From: a virus
Lineage: Duplodnaviria; Caudoviricetes
IMG/VR virus record: IMGVR_UViG_3300049444_000105
Span: 1-53,524 of that record
Length of the DNA: 53,524 nucleotides
Reading direction: 5' to 3' (one strand)
The notes under the pieces are model-generated. The model did no database searches, had not been told where the DNA came from, and saw only the letters and a list, made by a program, of their open reading frames with translations. Both the position numbers and the translations under genes were made by a program. This document shows positions 9,089 through 18,030 of the stretch, piece after piece (within the stretch, counting starts at the first letter, position 1; each line of letters begins with the position of its first letter).

Positions 9089-10120
9089 ATGCCCGTGTGG
9101 ATTGTGACCCCGCGTCGTCCGCTGCGGCGGCCACGGCGGGTGGTGTTCAGCAAGGCGGCGGCGGCTGGCGCGTATACGCTGCCGGCCGATCCTGGCGCGT
9201 TGGCCCACGTCGGGACCGCGACGCCCTTACGGATCTCGCTGCTGGCGGCGAGTGGCAGTAGTGCGGTAGCAGGGACGGAGACCCCGTCGCGCGTGAGCCT
9301 CGCTGCCACGAGCGGGGCGGTGGTAGGCAGTGGCACGGCGGCGACGTTGCGCCGCGCCATCCGCATGCCTGCCGACGCTGGCGCGCTGGCACTTGCTGGC
9401 ACGGCAGCCACGCCACGCACAAGCCTGAGTGCGACGAGCGGCTCTGTGGCTCTCGCCGGGACGGACACGACGCCCGACCTGGTGCTGCCAGCCACAAGTG
9501 GCGCGGAAGCGCTGGCGGGCACGGCCGCAACCCTGCGAGCGGCCTACCGGGTGGTGGCAGACCCTGGGGCCACCTCCGCGACCGGCACAGCCACGACGCC
9601 TCGGCTGTCCTTGAACGCCGGGACTGGCGCCGTCAGCCTGGCGGGGACCGCCACGACGCCCGATGTGGTCATGGCGGCGAGTAGCGGGGCGGTGGGCCTC
9701 ACGGGCACGCAGGCGACGCCCGATGTGGTGCTGATCGCCACCAGTGCCAGCAGTACGGTGGCAGGGACAGCGACCAGTCCCCGGCTCAGCCTGGGCGCCA
9801 GTAGTGGCAGTGTCAGCCTCGCCGGGACGGCCACGACCCCCGAGGTGGTGTTGCCAGCGCTCGCAGGCGCCGTCAGCCTCGCGGGGACGGACGCGACGCT
9901 CAGCAAAGGCGTGCCACTCACGCTGAGTGCGACGTCCGCTGACCTCGTGCTGGTCGGCACGGTGACGGTGCCCCGGCTACGGATGCCCGCGAGTAGCGGG
10001 AGTAGCACCGCCCTGGGCAGTGATGCGGACCTGGTGGAGGGTGGCCCGGTGGCGGCAGGGACTTTGGTGCAGTGGCGCGGGGCGTATGGGATATGGCACC
10101 GATCAGCCACGATGGTTTAG
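9089..10120 (+). CDS. Ala/Thr/Gly-rich repeat protein (about 14 x 20-aa repeats)
   Basis: Repeated unit such as LSLGASSGSVSLAGTATTPE. Confidence 0.8.
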   Translation: MPVWIVTPRRPLRRPRRVVFSKAAAAGAYTLPADPGALAHVGTATPLRISLLAASGSSAVAGTETPSRVSLAATSGAVVGSGTAATLRRAIRMPADAGALALAGTAATPRTSLSATSGSVALAGTDTTPDLVLPATSGAEALAGTAATLRAAYRVVADPGATSATGTATTPRLSLNAGTGAVSLAGTATTPDVVMAASSGAVGLTGTQATPDVVLIATSASSTVAGTATSPRLSLGASSGSVSLAGTATTPEVVLPALAGAVSLAGTDATLSKGVPLTLSATSADLVLVGTVTVPRLRMPASSGSSTALGSDADLVEGGPVAAGTLVQWRGAYGIWHRSATMV

Positions 10121-10128
10121 GGGGACCG

Positions 10129-10335
10129 ATGGGAAAGCGACGGAAGCCGAGACCAGCCTATCTCCGGCTGGTGCGCCCTGGGGACGACCGCACGGACCAC
10201 TGGATGCACGTGTATCGGCAAGCGTTGCAGGCGCATGAAGCGCAGTATCGGCAGCGGCAACAGCAGTTAGCGGCCCTATTTGCGGAGGTGATGGGATGGG
10301 AGAGCGACGACAGCACCGAGAGCCGCACGAGGTAG
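10129..10335 (+). CDS. Small hypothetical protein
   Basis: AGGGGG RBS; MGKRRKPRP... Confidence 0.5.
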   Translation: MGKRRKPRPAYLRLVRPGDDRTDHWMHVYRQALQAHEAQYRQRQQQLAALFAEVMGWESDDSTESRTR

Positions 10336-10904
10336 CGGACGCGCTGCCCTCAGAGCAGGAGTTGGAGGAGGCGCACCGCCACGCCCATAACTTTCTGGCG
10401 GCGTATGAGGGCGTGGGCACGCTGAGAGACGTGCTGGCGGTGACCCTGCACGCGCGCCAGCAGTATGACGCGCTCCAAGCGGCCACGGCGCAGAGTGAAC
10501 AGGAGAGCCGGGACGCGGCGGCAGAGTGTACGCGTCTCACGCAGGAGCAGCGACAGCTCGCGGCCGAGTACGCGAAGAACCGGAGCCAGGCGGAGGCGGA
10601 GCATGAGCAGGTGATGGCGCGGCTGCACCAGGAACAGAGCGAGCTCGAAGGCCCGCTCCAGGCGGCCCGGACCGAGATGCGTGAGGCACAGGCGCAGGCG
10701 CAGCAGGTGCGCGACACGATGCACGCGGCGGCGCAGCAGCGCGTCCAGATCGCCACGGCGCATGCGCAGGAGGAAGTAGCACACTTGCGCGAGACCAGTC
10801 AGCGGCTGCGCGGAGAGATTGAGGAGTTGACGCAGAAGAAGGCCAGCATTCAGGCCGATCTCAGTGAAATTGTTGGGCGCGTCAGTGCCGGACAGGGGGT
10901 GTGA
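10296..10904 (+). CDS. Coiled-coil protein
   Basis: E/Q/A/R-rich heptads; GGAGG RBS. Confidence 0.75.
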   Translation: MGERRQHREPHEVADALPSEQELEEAHRHAHNFLAAYEGVGTLRDVLAVTLHARQQYDALQAATAQSEQESRDAAAECTRLTQEQRQLAAEYAKNRSQAEAEHEQVMARLHQEQSELEGPLQAARTEMREAQAQAQQVRDTMHAAAQQRVQIATAHAQEEVAHLRETSQRLRGEIEELTQKKASIQADLSEIVGRVSAGQGV

Positions 10905-10905
10905 C

Positions 10906-11217
10906 ATCGCCAACGTTTTTCGCGAAAGAAGGTTCATTATTGATACCCCTGGAGCAACGCTTTTACGAGCGGCTCTTGCTCCTGGTGAGTCAGCTAACTC
11001 GCTCAATGTGAAGGCCATACGCTGGGTCGGGGCTACCACGGCGGGCCATGCGTGCGTGATTCAGGACTCTGACGGCATCGTCTATTGGGAATCCGTGGCG
11101 GCAGGCTCCAACTACGTGGAAAGCGACCTGACGGAGCGGGTCTTTCAGAAGGATTTTGCGGTGCCGACGCTGGCGAGTGGCCGCCTGTACATCTACCTGT
11201 CGCAAGGGCGTGTGTAG
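10906..11217 (+). CDS. Hypothetical protein (start codon uncertain)
   Basis: Globular-looking ANVFRERRFIIDT...PTLASGRLYIYL; the best RBS precedes ATC at 10906. Confidence 0.6.
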   Translation: MANVFRERRFIIDTPGATLLRAALAPGESANSLNVKAIRWVGATTAGHACVIQDSDGIVYWESVAAGSNYVESDLTERVFQKDFAVPTLASGRLYIYLSQGRV

Positions 11218-11230
11218 TAGGAAATAAATT

Positions 11231-11395
11231 ATGCCTAGTAAGTCGAAGGCTCAGCAGCGGTACTTCGGCGTTCAGCTTGCCAGGAAACGGGCGGGCAAAG
11301 CCACGAGCGTGGACATGACGGAGGCGCAACTGAAGGAATTTGCACAGACGCCCCTCGGCAAATTGCCCAACAAAGTGAAAAAGAAGAAGACCTAG
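11231..11395 (+). CDS. DUF3008-like small basic protein (not in ORF track)
   Basis: MPSKSKAQQRYFGVQLARKRAG...MTEAQLKEFAQTPLGKLP. Confidence 0.7.
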   Translation: MPSKSKAQQRYFGVQLARKRAGKATSVDMTEAQLKEFAQTPLGKLPNKVKKKKT

Positions 11396-11397
11396 CT

Positions 11398-11688
11398 ATG
11401 GCCACCAAGATGCCCCAGCACAAGAAGAAGCACAGCGGCTACGAGACGACTACGAAGGAGATAGCCCCCTTGAAGGAAACTCTTGTGGAGCAGATAAAGC
11501 GCCTAGCGTATGCGCGGCTTCTCACACGCATGCTCATGGTCTACTATAAGACTGCGGAGCGTGCCCACGAGCGCTATGGGTGTGGGGAGGATATGCGGCG
11601 GTGTCGCCAACTCTGGCAGGCGACGGACGCGCTGTGCATACTGGACTATGCGCGTAGGCAATACCGGAAGGTCAGAAGTCATGCCTGA
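11398..11688 (+). CDS. Hypothetical protein
   Basis: Fills the gap and overlaps the portal start. Confidence 0.5.
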   Translation: MATKMPQHKKKHSGYETTTKEIAPLKETLVEQIKRLAYARLLTRMLMVYYKTAERAHERYGCGEDMRRCRQLWQATDALCILDYARRQYRKVRSHA

Positions 11689-14023
11689 GACCTCCTACGC
11701 CTCCGTCCCTGCCCTGGACCTCTACGGCTCACGCCAGGTGGAAGACCAGCAGCAGCTCCTGGCCCGCGTGCGCCGCTGCTTTACGCAGGCGGAAGACTAC
11801 GAGGGCCAAAACCGCCGCCGCCAGGTCGAGTGGCTCACCTTTCGCAAAGGCGAGCAATGGGAGCAGGCCGAGTATCAGCGCCGCATGGCCGCCGGCCGCC
11901 CGTGCCTCACCATCAACACGCTGCCGCAAAGTGAGCACCAGATTACCAACGCCTTTCGCGCCAACATGCCCACCATTGCCGTGTTGCCGGTGGGCGACGG
12001 CGCGGACGTGGAGACGGCCAAGCTCCTCAAGGGCTTGATACGCCACTGTAACGAGCGCAGTCATGCCGAGTTGGTGCGGCAAACGGCCTTTGACTCGGCG
12101 GTGCGCATTGGCTGTGGCTATTACCGCATGGTGCTCGACTACGACGGCTGGGACAGCTTTGACCAGGAGCCCCGCCTCGCGGCGCTCAGAAACCAGTTTG
12201 CCTGCTACTTAGACCCGGCCTGCGTGTCGCCGGTGGGACGTGGGGCGGACTGGGGCTTTGTGTTTGAGCACCACGACAAAGACCGCTTTCAGGAAGAGTG
12301 GGGCACCGATACGGGCACCCTCACGGCGTGGCAGAGCGTGGGCGATAGCTGGATTGCCTCCAACCACGTGCGGGTGGCGGAGTATTTCTGGAAAGACCGC
12401 AAGCGCATGACGCTCGCCCAACTCCAGGGCGGCGAGGTCATGATGCTGGAGCCCTACTTGCTGGAGGCACTCCCCATGCTGGAGCAGGCGGGGCTGGGCA
12501 CGCGCGCCTTCCAGAACTTTGTGAGTCATCTGCTGACCCCCGCCCCCCGGTGGGCACCGCTGCTGGAGTGGATTCAGGCACAGAACCGCACCGTGGTCAA
12601 CTGGTTAGACGGCCTGCCGCCGGAGTTTGTCGAGGGGTATGCGCAGAAAGTGCATGATCTGGTGGCCGTGTTGGTGAAAGTGCGCCCCACCATATACACC
12701 AGCGTGCGCTGGATTAAAACCAACGGCCATGTCATCCTCGAAGAATCGATCTGGCCGGGGGAGCATATCCCGCTGCTGCGCATGGTGGGGGAAGAGATCG
12801 ACATCAACAACGAGGTCTGGCGCTCTGGCATTATTCAGAACGCCATGGACCCGATGCGCTTAGAGAACTATGCCATTACCATGATGGCGGAAAATGTGGC
12901 GTTGTCACCGCTCCCCGGCTATATCTATGACCCGCGGCAGATTACCGGCTATGAGCATATCTGGCGCACCGCGAACCGGGTTCCTCACGCCGGGCTGCCG
13001 TACAACGCCAGTGTGACGGGGCCTGGCGGGGCACCCCTGGGACCGCCGACGCGCTCGGCCTTTGAGCCCCCCATTCAGGGGATTAGCGTGCTCCTCCAGA
13101 TGTTTCAGCAGTATACGCAGCAGGCGATCGGCATCTATCAGGGCAACGTCGGGGCGCCGTCCCGCGAGAGAAGCGGGCGGGCGATTGCCGCCAAGGATGA
13201 GCAGACCGATACGGGCACGGCGCACTACTCCGCGCACGCCGCTGATACCATGCGCTATGAGGGCGAACTCTACATCGGGGTTATTCCCAAAGTGATGAAT
13301 CCGGCCAAAATTCAGCGCATCCTGGGCGATGACGGCTCCCCGCAGATGATGCGCATGGCCGGGAGCCCGGAGGAAAAGCAGGCGATGATGGACGACCCGA
13401 TGCTCATGGAGGGCATGGCCGGGGTCTACGACATGAGCAGCGGCCAGTATGATGTGCTGGTGGACATTGGGCCGTCGTATGCGACCAAGCGCCAGGAAGC
13501 GGCCGACCAGATGCTGCAGATGATGGAGCGACTCCCTGAGATTATGGGACCCATCGCCAGCCAGGTCGTGGAAAAGATGGACTGGGAAGGGGCCAAAGAG
13601 TTGGCCGACCTCATCAAGCGCCTCCCCGGGCAGATTCTCCCGGAGGGCAACGTCAACAAAGACCAGCAGTTAGCCATTATGCGCCAGCAACTGACGCAGG
13701 CCGGGCAGCACCTACAGGCCCTGGACGCCCTGGCGCAGCAGCAGCAGCAGCAACTGGCCCGCTTTGCCGACGACAATAAGACGCTCAAAGAGGCGCATGA
13801 CTTAGAAGCCTTGAAGGTGCAGGATATGCAGCGCGATAGTACGCTGGCGGAGCGTGAAGCGGCAGTGAAGGCGCAGATTGAGTTTGGCAAGCTGGAGCTT
13901 GACCGCGAGCGGGTGGCGCTGGAGCGGGAGAAGCTGGGACTGGAGAGGCACCGCATCGAGGTCGAGGCGGCGTACAAGCGCGAGACGGCGCGGCAGGAGC
14001 CAGAGCCAGGAGGGTTGCCATGA
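11681..14023 (+). CDS. P22-like portal protein
   Basis: GEQW...RPCLTIN, RVAEYF, SGRAI, G.YDV.VD.GPSYATKRQEA, C-terminal Q-rich helical barrel. Confidence 0.93.
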   Translation: MPETSYASVPALDLYGSRQVEDQQQLLARVRRCFTQAEDYEGQNRRRQVEWLTFRKGEQWEQAEYQRRMAAGRPCLTINTLPQSEHQITNAFRANMPTIAVLPVGDGADVETAKLLKGLIRHCNERSHAELVRQTAFDSAVRIGCGYYRMVLDYDGWDSFDQEPRLAALRNQFACYLDPACVSPVGRGADWGFVFEHHDKDRFQEEWGTDTGTLTAWQSVGDSWIASNHVRVAEYFWKDRKRMTLAQLQGGEVMMLEPYLLEALPMLEQAGLGTRAFQNFVSHLLTPAPRWAPLLEWIQAQNRTVVNWLDGLPPEFVEGYAQKVHDLVAVLVKVRPTIYTSVRWIKTNGHVILEESIWPGEHIPLLRMVGEEIDINNEVWRSGIIQNAMDPMRLENYAITMMAENVALSPLPGYIYDPRQITGYEHIWRTANRVPHAGLPYNASVTGPGGAPLGPPTRSAFEPPIQGISVLLQMFQQYTQQAIGIYQGNVGAPSRERSGRAIAAKDEQTDTGTAHYSAHAADTMRYEGELYIGVIPKVMNPAKIQRILGDDGSPQMMRMAGSPEEKQAMMDDPMLMEGMAGVYDMSSGQYDVLVDIGPSYATKRQEAADQMLQMMERLPEIMGPIASQVVEKMDWEGAKELADLIKRLPGQILPEGNVNKDQQLAIMRQQLTQAGQHLQALDALAQQQQQQLARFADDNKTLKEAHDLEALKVQDMQRDSTLAEREAAVKAQIEFGKLELDRERVALEREKLGLERHRIEVEAAYKRETARQEPEPGGLP

Positions 14024-14406
14024 CGCCTCCCGGCGTGATGACCTATGCGGGGCTCGGCTTGCACTACCGCTTTGCGGGGGAGGCGCGGCGCTGGGTGGAC
14101 TGGTTTGCGGCCCATCCCGCCATGGCCCTGGTGCTCTACGAGGCGGTGCGGCCGCTCTATCAGGCGTTTGGGCGGATCATGCCGCTGACCCTGACGCTGG
14201 TGCCCGATCCGGAGGGGGGCGACGCGGTGGCGCGCGTGGTCGTCCAGGTCCCGGCCGACTGGCAGGGCGATCCTGACGAGGCGCTGCGTACGTTTGATGA
14301 AGTGTGGTGGCTCCGCAACTGTTCCCGCAGTGGGGGGCTGGTGGTGTGGGACGCTGAGCAGGCGCCGGCCCCCGTGCCCGTGCTGCTGGATGCGAGCGAG
14401 GACTAG
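14020..14406 (+). CDS. Hypothetical protein
   Basis: ATGA overlap with the portal; GGAGG RBS. Confidence 0.65.
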   Translation: MTPPGVMTYAGLGLHYRFAGEARRWVDWFAAHPAMALVLYEAVRPLYQAFGRIMPLTLTLVPDPEGGDAVARVVVQVPADWQGDPDEALRTFDEVWWLRNCSRSGGLVVWDAEQAPAPVPVLLDASED

Positions 14407-14408
14407 CG

Positions 14409-15422
14409 ATGCCGCCCTACGCCACCCCCTACGCCTCCAGGCGCTACCAGCAGCCGGGCACGGACGTGTACGCCGCCTACCTGGACCGCTTAGCCAGGAC
14501 GCCACTGGGGGGCGTGAACGTGCATCCCGAGATGCAGGCGGAGTGGCGCGGCGGGCCGTCCTGGATCGGCGAGCAGGCGATTGAGGCCATCCCGCTGGGG
14601 GACGTGGCCGACCCGGTGAGTCAGGTGGCGGGCTTCATGGCTCCAGGGATGCTGCGGGGCATGCGCGGTCTGGGGGAAGCAATCACGACGCCGGGGCCAC
14701 GACTCGGGAGCCTGACGAGTGAGCGCGGCAATCTGGGGCCGCCGCCGCTGGGACCGCGCGGGGAGCCGCTGCCGGAGAGTGCGCTCAGGACACCGGAGGG
14801 ACAGTTGCAGCGCTACTACCATGGGACCGGCGGGGCGTATCCGGACTTCGATCTGCTGTATGCCGGCAGGGGGGCGGGTGGCGATCTCTACGGGCCGGGG
14901 GTGTACATGACGGCAAGTCCCAAGATCGCCAGCGAGTATGCGCGGGGGGATGCCTCCAAGGTGTTTCCCACCCATGTCCAGGCCCAGTATGCGGCACGGG
15001 AGATGGGCACGGAGGTGATTCCGGTCACGGTGCGTGGGCAGGTGACGGGCTATAGGGTGCCTCTGACCCGTGAGGGTGCTAACCTGCGCCCGGTGTATGC
15101 CAACCTGAAAAAGCCGTTTGATATTGAGGCCCCTGCCGATCCATCGATGGTTAAAAACTTTGAAGAGTGGGGGTTTAATTATCACGTGAAGCCGGACGGC
15201 TCGCCCGACATTACGACGAACAAAGACGTGTATGAAACGTTGTTGCGGACCTTCGGCTACAAAGATGAGGTCAATGATTGGTTGCTGGAGAACGGGTTTG
15301 ACGGGATCATCCACCTTGGGGGGAGTGGAGCGAAGGCCCACAAGGTTTCTATAGCTTTTAGTCCTGAGTCAGTTTATCCTAGTTTTGGTATTGACGCCTT
15401 ATTGCAGAAACCGATTGAATAG
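14409..15422 (+). CDS. Putative ADP-ribosyltransferase-fold protein (ART-PolyVal-like)
   Basis: YYHGT...F...G.G.YGPGVYMT...A.EYA...VYANLKKPF...GFDGII pattern. Confidence 0.7.
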   Translation: MPPYATPYASRRYQQPGTDVYAAYLDRLARTPLGGVNVHPEMQAEWRGGPSWIGEQAIEAIPLGDVADPVSQVAGFMAPGMLRGMRGLGEAITTPGPRLGSLTSERGNLGPPPLGPRGEPLPESALRTPEGQLQRYYHGTGGAYPDFDLLYAGRGAGGDLYGPGVYMTASPKIASEYARGDASKVFPTHVQAQYAAREMGTEVIPVTVRGQVTGYRVPLTREGANLRPVYANLKKPFDIEAPADPSMVKNFEEWGFNYHVKPDGSPDITTNKDVYETLLRTFGYKDEVNDWLLENGFDGIIHLGGSGAKAHKVSIAFSPESVYPSFGIDALLQKPIE

Positions 15423-15572
15423 GGGCGACTCATGAGCAAAACCTAGTATCCCAGGAGACGACGCGGGCAGGCCGCCAGGGCCCGCCGCGGGGTGCAACTC
15501 CCCGGCTCGCAGTGAGAACAGAATAGTCCCGTGTACTTGCTGACTTAGCTAGTCAGCGGGCACACCTACCTG

Positions 15573-15619
15573 ATGGGCAGGTACAAGGTCATGACCCCTT
15601 GTACCTGCCCATTTTTTTT
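15573..15619 (+). terminator. Intrinsic terminator
   Basis: 16-bp stem ATGGGCAGGTACAAGG / CCTTGTACCTGCCCAT followed by a T8 run. Confidence 0.85.
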
Positions 15620-15641
15620 GGTTTACACGGGACTAGACCGC

Positions 15642-15740
15642 ACCGCAACGCTCACGGATTTGAGCGCGTTGGAGCACGACCGCAACGCTCACGGATTTGA
15701 GCGCGCCCAAGCACGACCGCAACGCTCACGGCATTGAGCG
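15642..15740 (+). repeat. Three 37-nt-period hairpin repeats upstream of the scaffold RBS
   Basis: ACCGCAACGCTCACGGATTTGAGCG at 15642 and 15679; variant (CGGCAT loop) at 15716. Confidence 0.9.
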
Positions 15741-15761
15741 AGACCGCGAAAGGAGCCAGCA

Positions 15762-16757
15762 ATGGCCGGAACCATGGTCGGATTTACCCCGGAGTTGGGG
15801 CTGCACACCATCTCAAGTGATGGCACGCCACCCCCAGCGCCCGTAGAACCAGACGCCCCGCCAGTGGCGCCGAATGGCACGCTGGAGGAGGACGGCGGGG
15901 AGGACGGCGGGGAGGACGGCAGTCCCCCGGCCGCCCCCGATGACGAAGAGGAGGCGTTAACCGGGTCGGAGTCGAAGCGCCAGCGGGGCTTTACGTCAAA
16001 GATGGTGCGCGAGAACGAGCGACTCCGCGAGCAACTCGCCCGCCAGGAGGCCCTCAACGCCTACCTCGCGGAGCAAGCCCAGGCGCGCCGGGCTCCACCC
16101 CAGGAGCGTCCAGCGCCGCCGCCGCAGTACGAACAACCGAGTCAGTTACGGGCGCCGCGCCAGCAGGACTACAACTTCGAGCGTGCCGATGAGGTGGCAC
16201 GCTGGAATGTTGATGTCGAGCGCTACTGGCGCGGCATTGCCCGCGAAGAACATCTCGCGGCCCAACTTGAACGCGACGAATACCTCATGCAGCAAGACAT
16301 TCAGGCGCTGCATCAACAGGTCAATCGGCGTGTCGAGGAGGGCCGGAACAAATATGACGACTTTGACGAGGCCATTGACTCCATCAACGCCCGCCTCCAG
16401 GGACAACCCGTCTTTGGGGTGCTCAAGCAATATGCCGCCCAGAGCCCGAAAGGCAGTGACGTGCTGCGCTACGTGGGCCGCCATCCCGAGGTGATGCAAG
16501 AGTTACGCTACCGCACCGTGGAAGGCGCCGAGCAGTACCTGAGTAAGCTGGAAGCGCAGCTCGGCAAAGCAGCGAACGGCGCGTCGCGGCAGGCCGCCCG
16601 CACGGGCGGGGCGCTGCCCCCTGCCGTCCAGCCGCTCACGGGCGGGGGCGGTATCGCCCGGCCCCAGGGGAGTGCGCCGCAGGACATTGCCAACGGCAGC
16701 GGGAGCTTTCTCGATTACTGGCGCGCTATGAAGGGGCAGGAAAAGTCGCGGCGTTGA
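15762..16757 (+). CDS. Scaffolding protein
   Basis: Acidic disordered N-terminus, coiled coil, KYDDFDE, P.V.PL C-terminus; lies between portal and coat. Confidence 0.75.
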   Translation: MAGTMVGFTPELGLHTISSDGTPPPAPVEPDAPPVAPNGTLEEDGGEDGGEDGSPPAAPDDEEEALTGSESKRQRGFTSKMVRENERLREQLARQEALNAYLAEQAQARRAPPQERPAPPPQYEQPSQLRAPRQQDYNFERADEVARWNVDVERYWRGIAREEHLAAQLERDEYLMQQDIQALHQQVNRRVEEGRNKYDDFDEAIDSINARLQGQPVFGVLKQYAAQSPKGSDVLRYVGRHPEVMQELRYRTVEGAEQYLSKLEAQLGKAANGASRQAARTGGALPPAVQPLTGGGGIARPQGSAPQDIANGSGSFLDYWRAMKGQEKSRR

Positions 16758-16795
16758 TCCAGAGGTAAGTGGCCCTAGAAGGACAGCAGAAGACT

Positions 16796-18019
16796 ATGGC
16801 CAATCTGTTTCTCACACCCGCCGACGTGACGATGCGGGCCGCGTACCGCTTTTTTAACAATCTGCACTTTGTCCGCATGATTGATCGGCAATATTCGAAT
16901 ATGTTCGCGCAACAAGGCGCGAAGCGCGGCAACCAGATTTTCATTCGCTTGCCGCCGCGCTATATCGTGACCGATGGGCCGGTGGCCCAGGTGCAGGACA
17001 TTACCGAGACGACCGTGCCGCTCATCCTAGATCAGTATAAGGACGTGGCGCTGACGTACTCCTCCCAGGACCTCACGCTCGACATTGACGACTTTGACAA
17101 TAGGATTTTGGCCCCGGCCATGGACCAGTTAGCCAACGAAGTCGACCGCGTGGTGCTCTCTCTCGTGATTGACCAGGTGGCGAACTCGACGGGCTCTCCG
17201 GGGACGCGGCCCAACGATAGCCAGTTCTTTCTCGATGCCAAGGCCATTATGGGCAACGAAAGTACGCCGCGCGACCAAGCCTGGCAAGCGCTCCTCACCA
17301 ACCTCTCCGAAGCCTCGATGGTGAAAGCCCTCCAGGGCCTCTTTAATGCCCAGATGGAAATTGGCGAGCAGTACCGCCAGGGGGCCATGGGGCATGCCCT
17401 CGGCTTTGACTGGGACGTCGACGAGAATATGCCCACGCATGTCAACGGGGCGCAAGGCGGGACGCCGCTGGTGAACTTGGGGAGTCAAACGGGCTCGACG
17501 ATTAACTCCAAGGGGTGGACGGCGAGTACCGGGCAACTCCTCAGGGGCGATGTGCTGACGTTTGCGGGCGTTTTTCAGGTAAACCCGCTGTCGCGGCGCT
17601 CCACGGGCCAACTGCGGCAGTTTGTGGTCACGGCCAATGCGACGGCGGACGTGTCGGGCAACATGGCCATTCCGATTAGCCCGCCGCTGACGCCGCCGGA
17701 CAGCGCGGGCAATCCGACGCAGTTTCAGACGGTCAGTGCCTCGCCGGCGAACAATGCCCCGATTACGGTGCTGGGGGCGGCGAGCGTCTCCACGCCGCAG
17801 AACCTGTGCTTTTACCCGAAATTTTGTACGGTGGCGTTTGCGGATTTGTCGATGCCGTATTCGGGGAGCGCGTACAGAGTGAGTGACGAACAACTGGGGA
17901 TTTCGTTCCGCCTGTGGCAGGACTCGACCTGGGGGACGGATACCCACGGCACCAGATGTGATGTGCTCTTTGGGGTCGCGGTCCCGCGTCCGCAGTGGGC
18001 CTGTCGGGTGGCCTCATAG
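16796..18019 (+). CDS. Major capsid protein (P22 gp5-like)
   Basis: MANLFLT...DRQY...G..I.IRLP...PAM.QLAN.VD...RCDVLFG....RPQWA. Confidence 0.93.
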   Translation: MANLFLTPADVTMRAAYRFFNNLHFVRMIDRQYSNMFAQQGAKRGNQIFIRLPPRYIVTDGPVAQVQDITETTVPLILDQYKDVALTYSSQDLTLDIDDFDNRILAPAMDQLANEVDRVVLSLVIDQVANSTGSPGTRPNDSQFFLDAKAIMGNESTPRDQAWQALLTNLSEASMVKALQGLFNAQMEIGEQYRQGAMGHALGFDWDVDENMPTHVNGAQGGTPLVNLGSQTGSTINSKGWTASTGQLLRGDVLTFAGVFQVNPLSRRSTGQLRQFVVTANATADVSGNMAIPISPPLTPPDSAGNPTQFQTVSASPANNAPITVLGAASVSTPQNLCFYPKFCTVAFADLSMPYSGSAYRVSDEQLGISFRLWQDSTWGTDTHGTRCDVLFGVAVPRPQWACRVAS

Positions 18020-18030
18020 AAGGAAACTTT

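Noticed and set aside
15460-15512. tRNA gene suggested by the GGTGCAACTCC T-loop
   Set aside because: I could not build D and anticodon arms or a CCA end; kept only as part of the structured RNA finding
15642-15740. CRISPR mini-array
   Set aside because: Units differ by only about 4 nt; no spacer-length unique sequence and no cas genes
14409-15740. Canonical type III toxin-antitoxin locus
   Set aside because: Order is gene-terminator-repeats rather than repeats-terminator-toxin, and the protein is not ToxN-like
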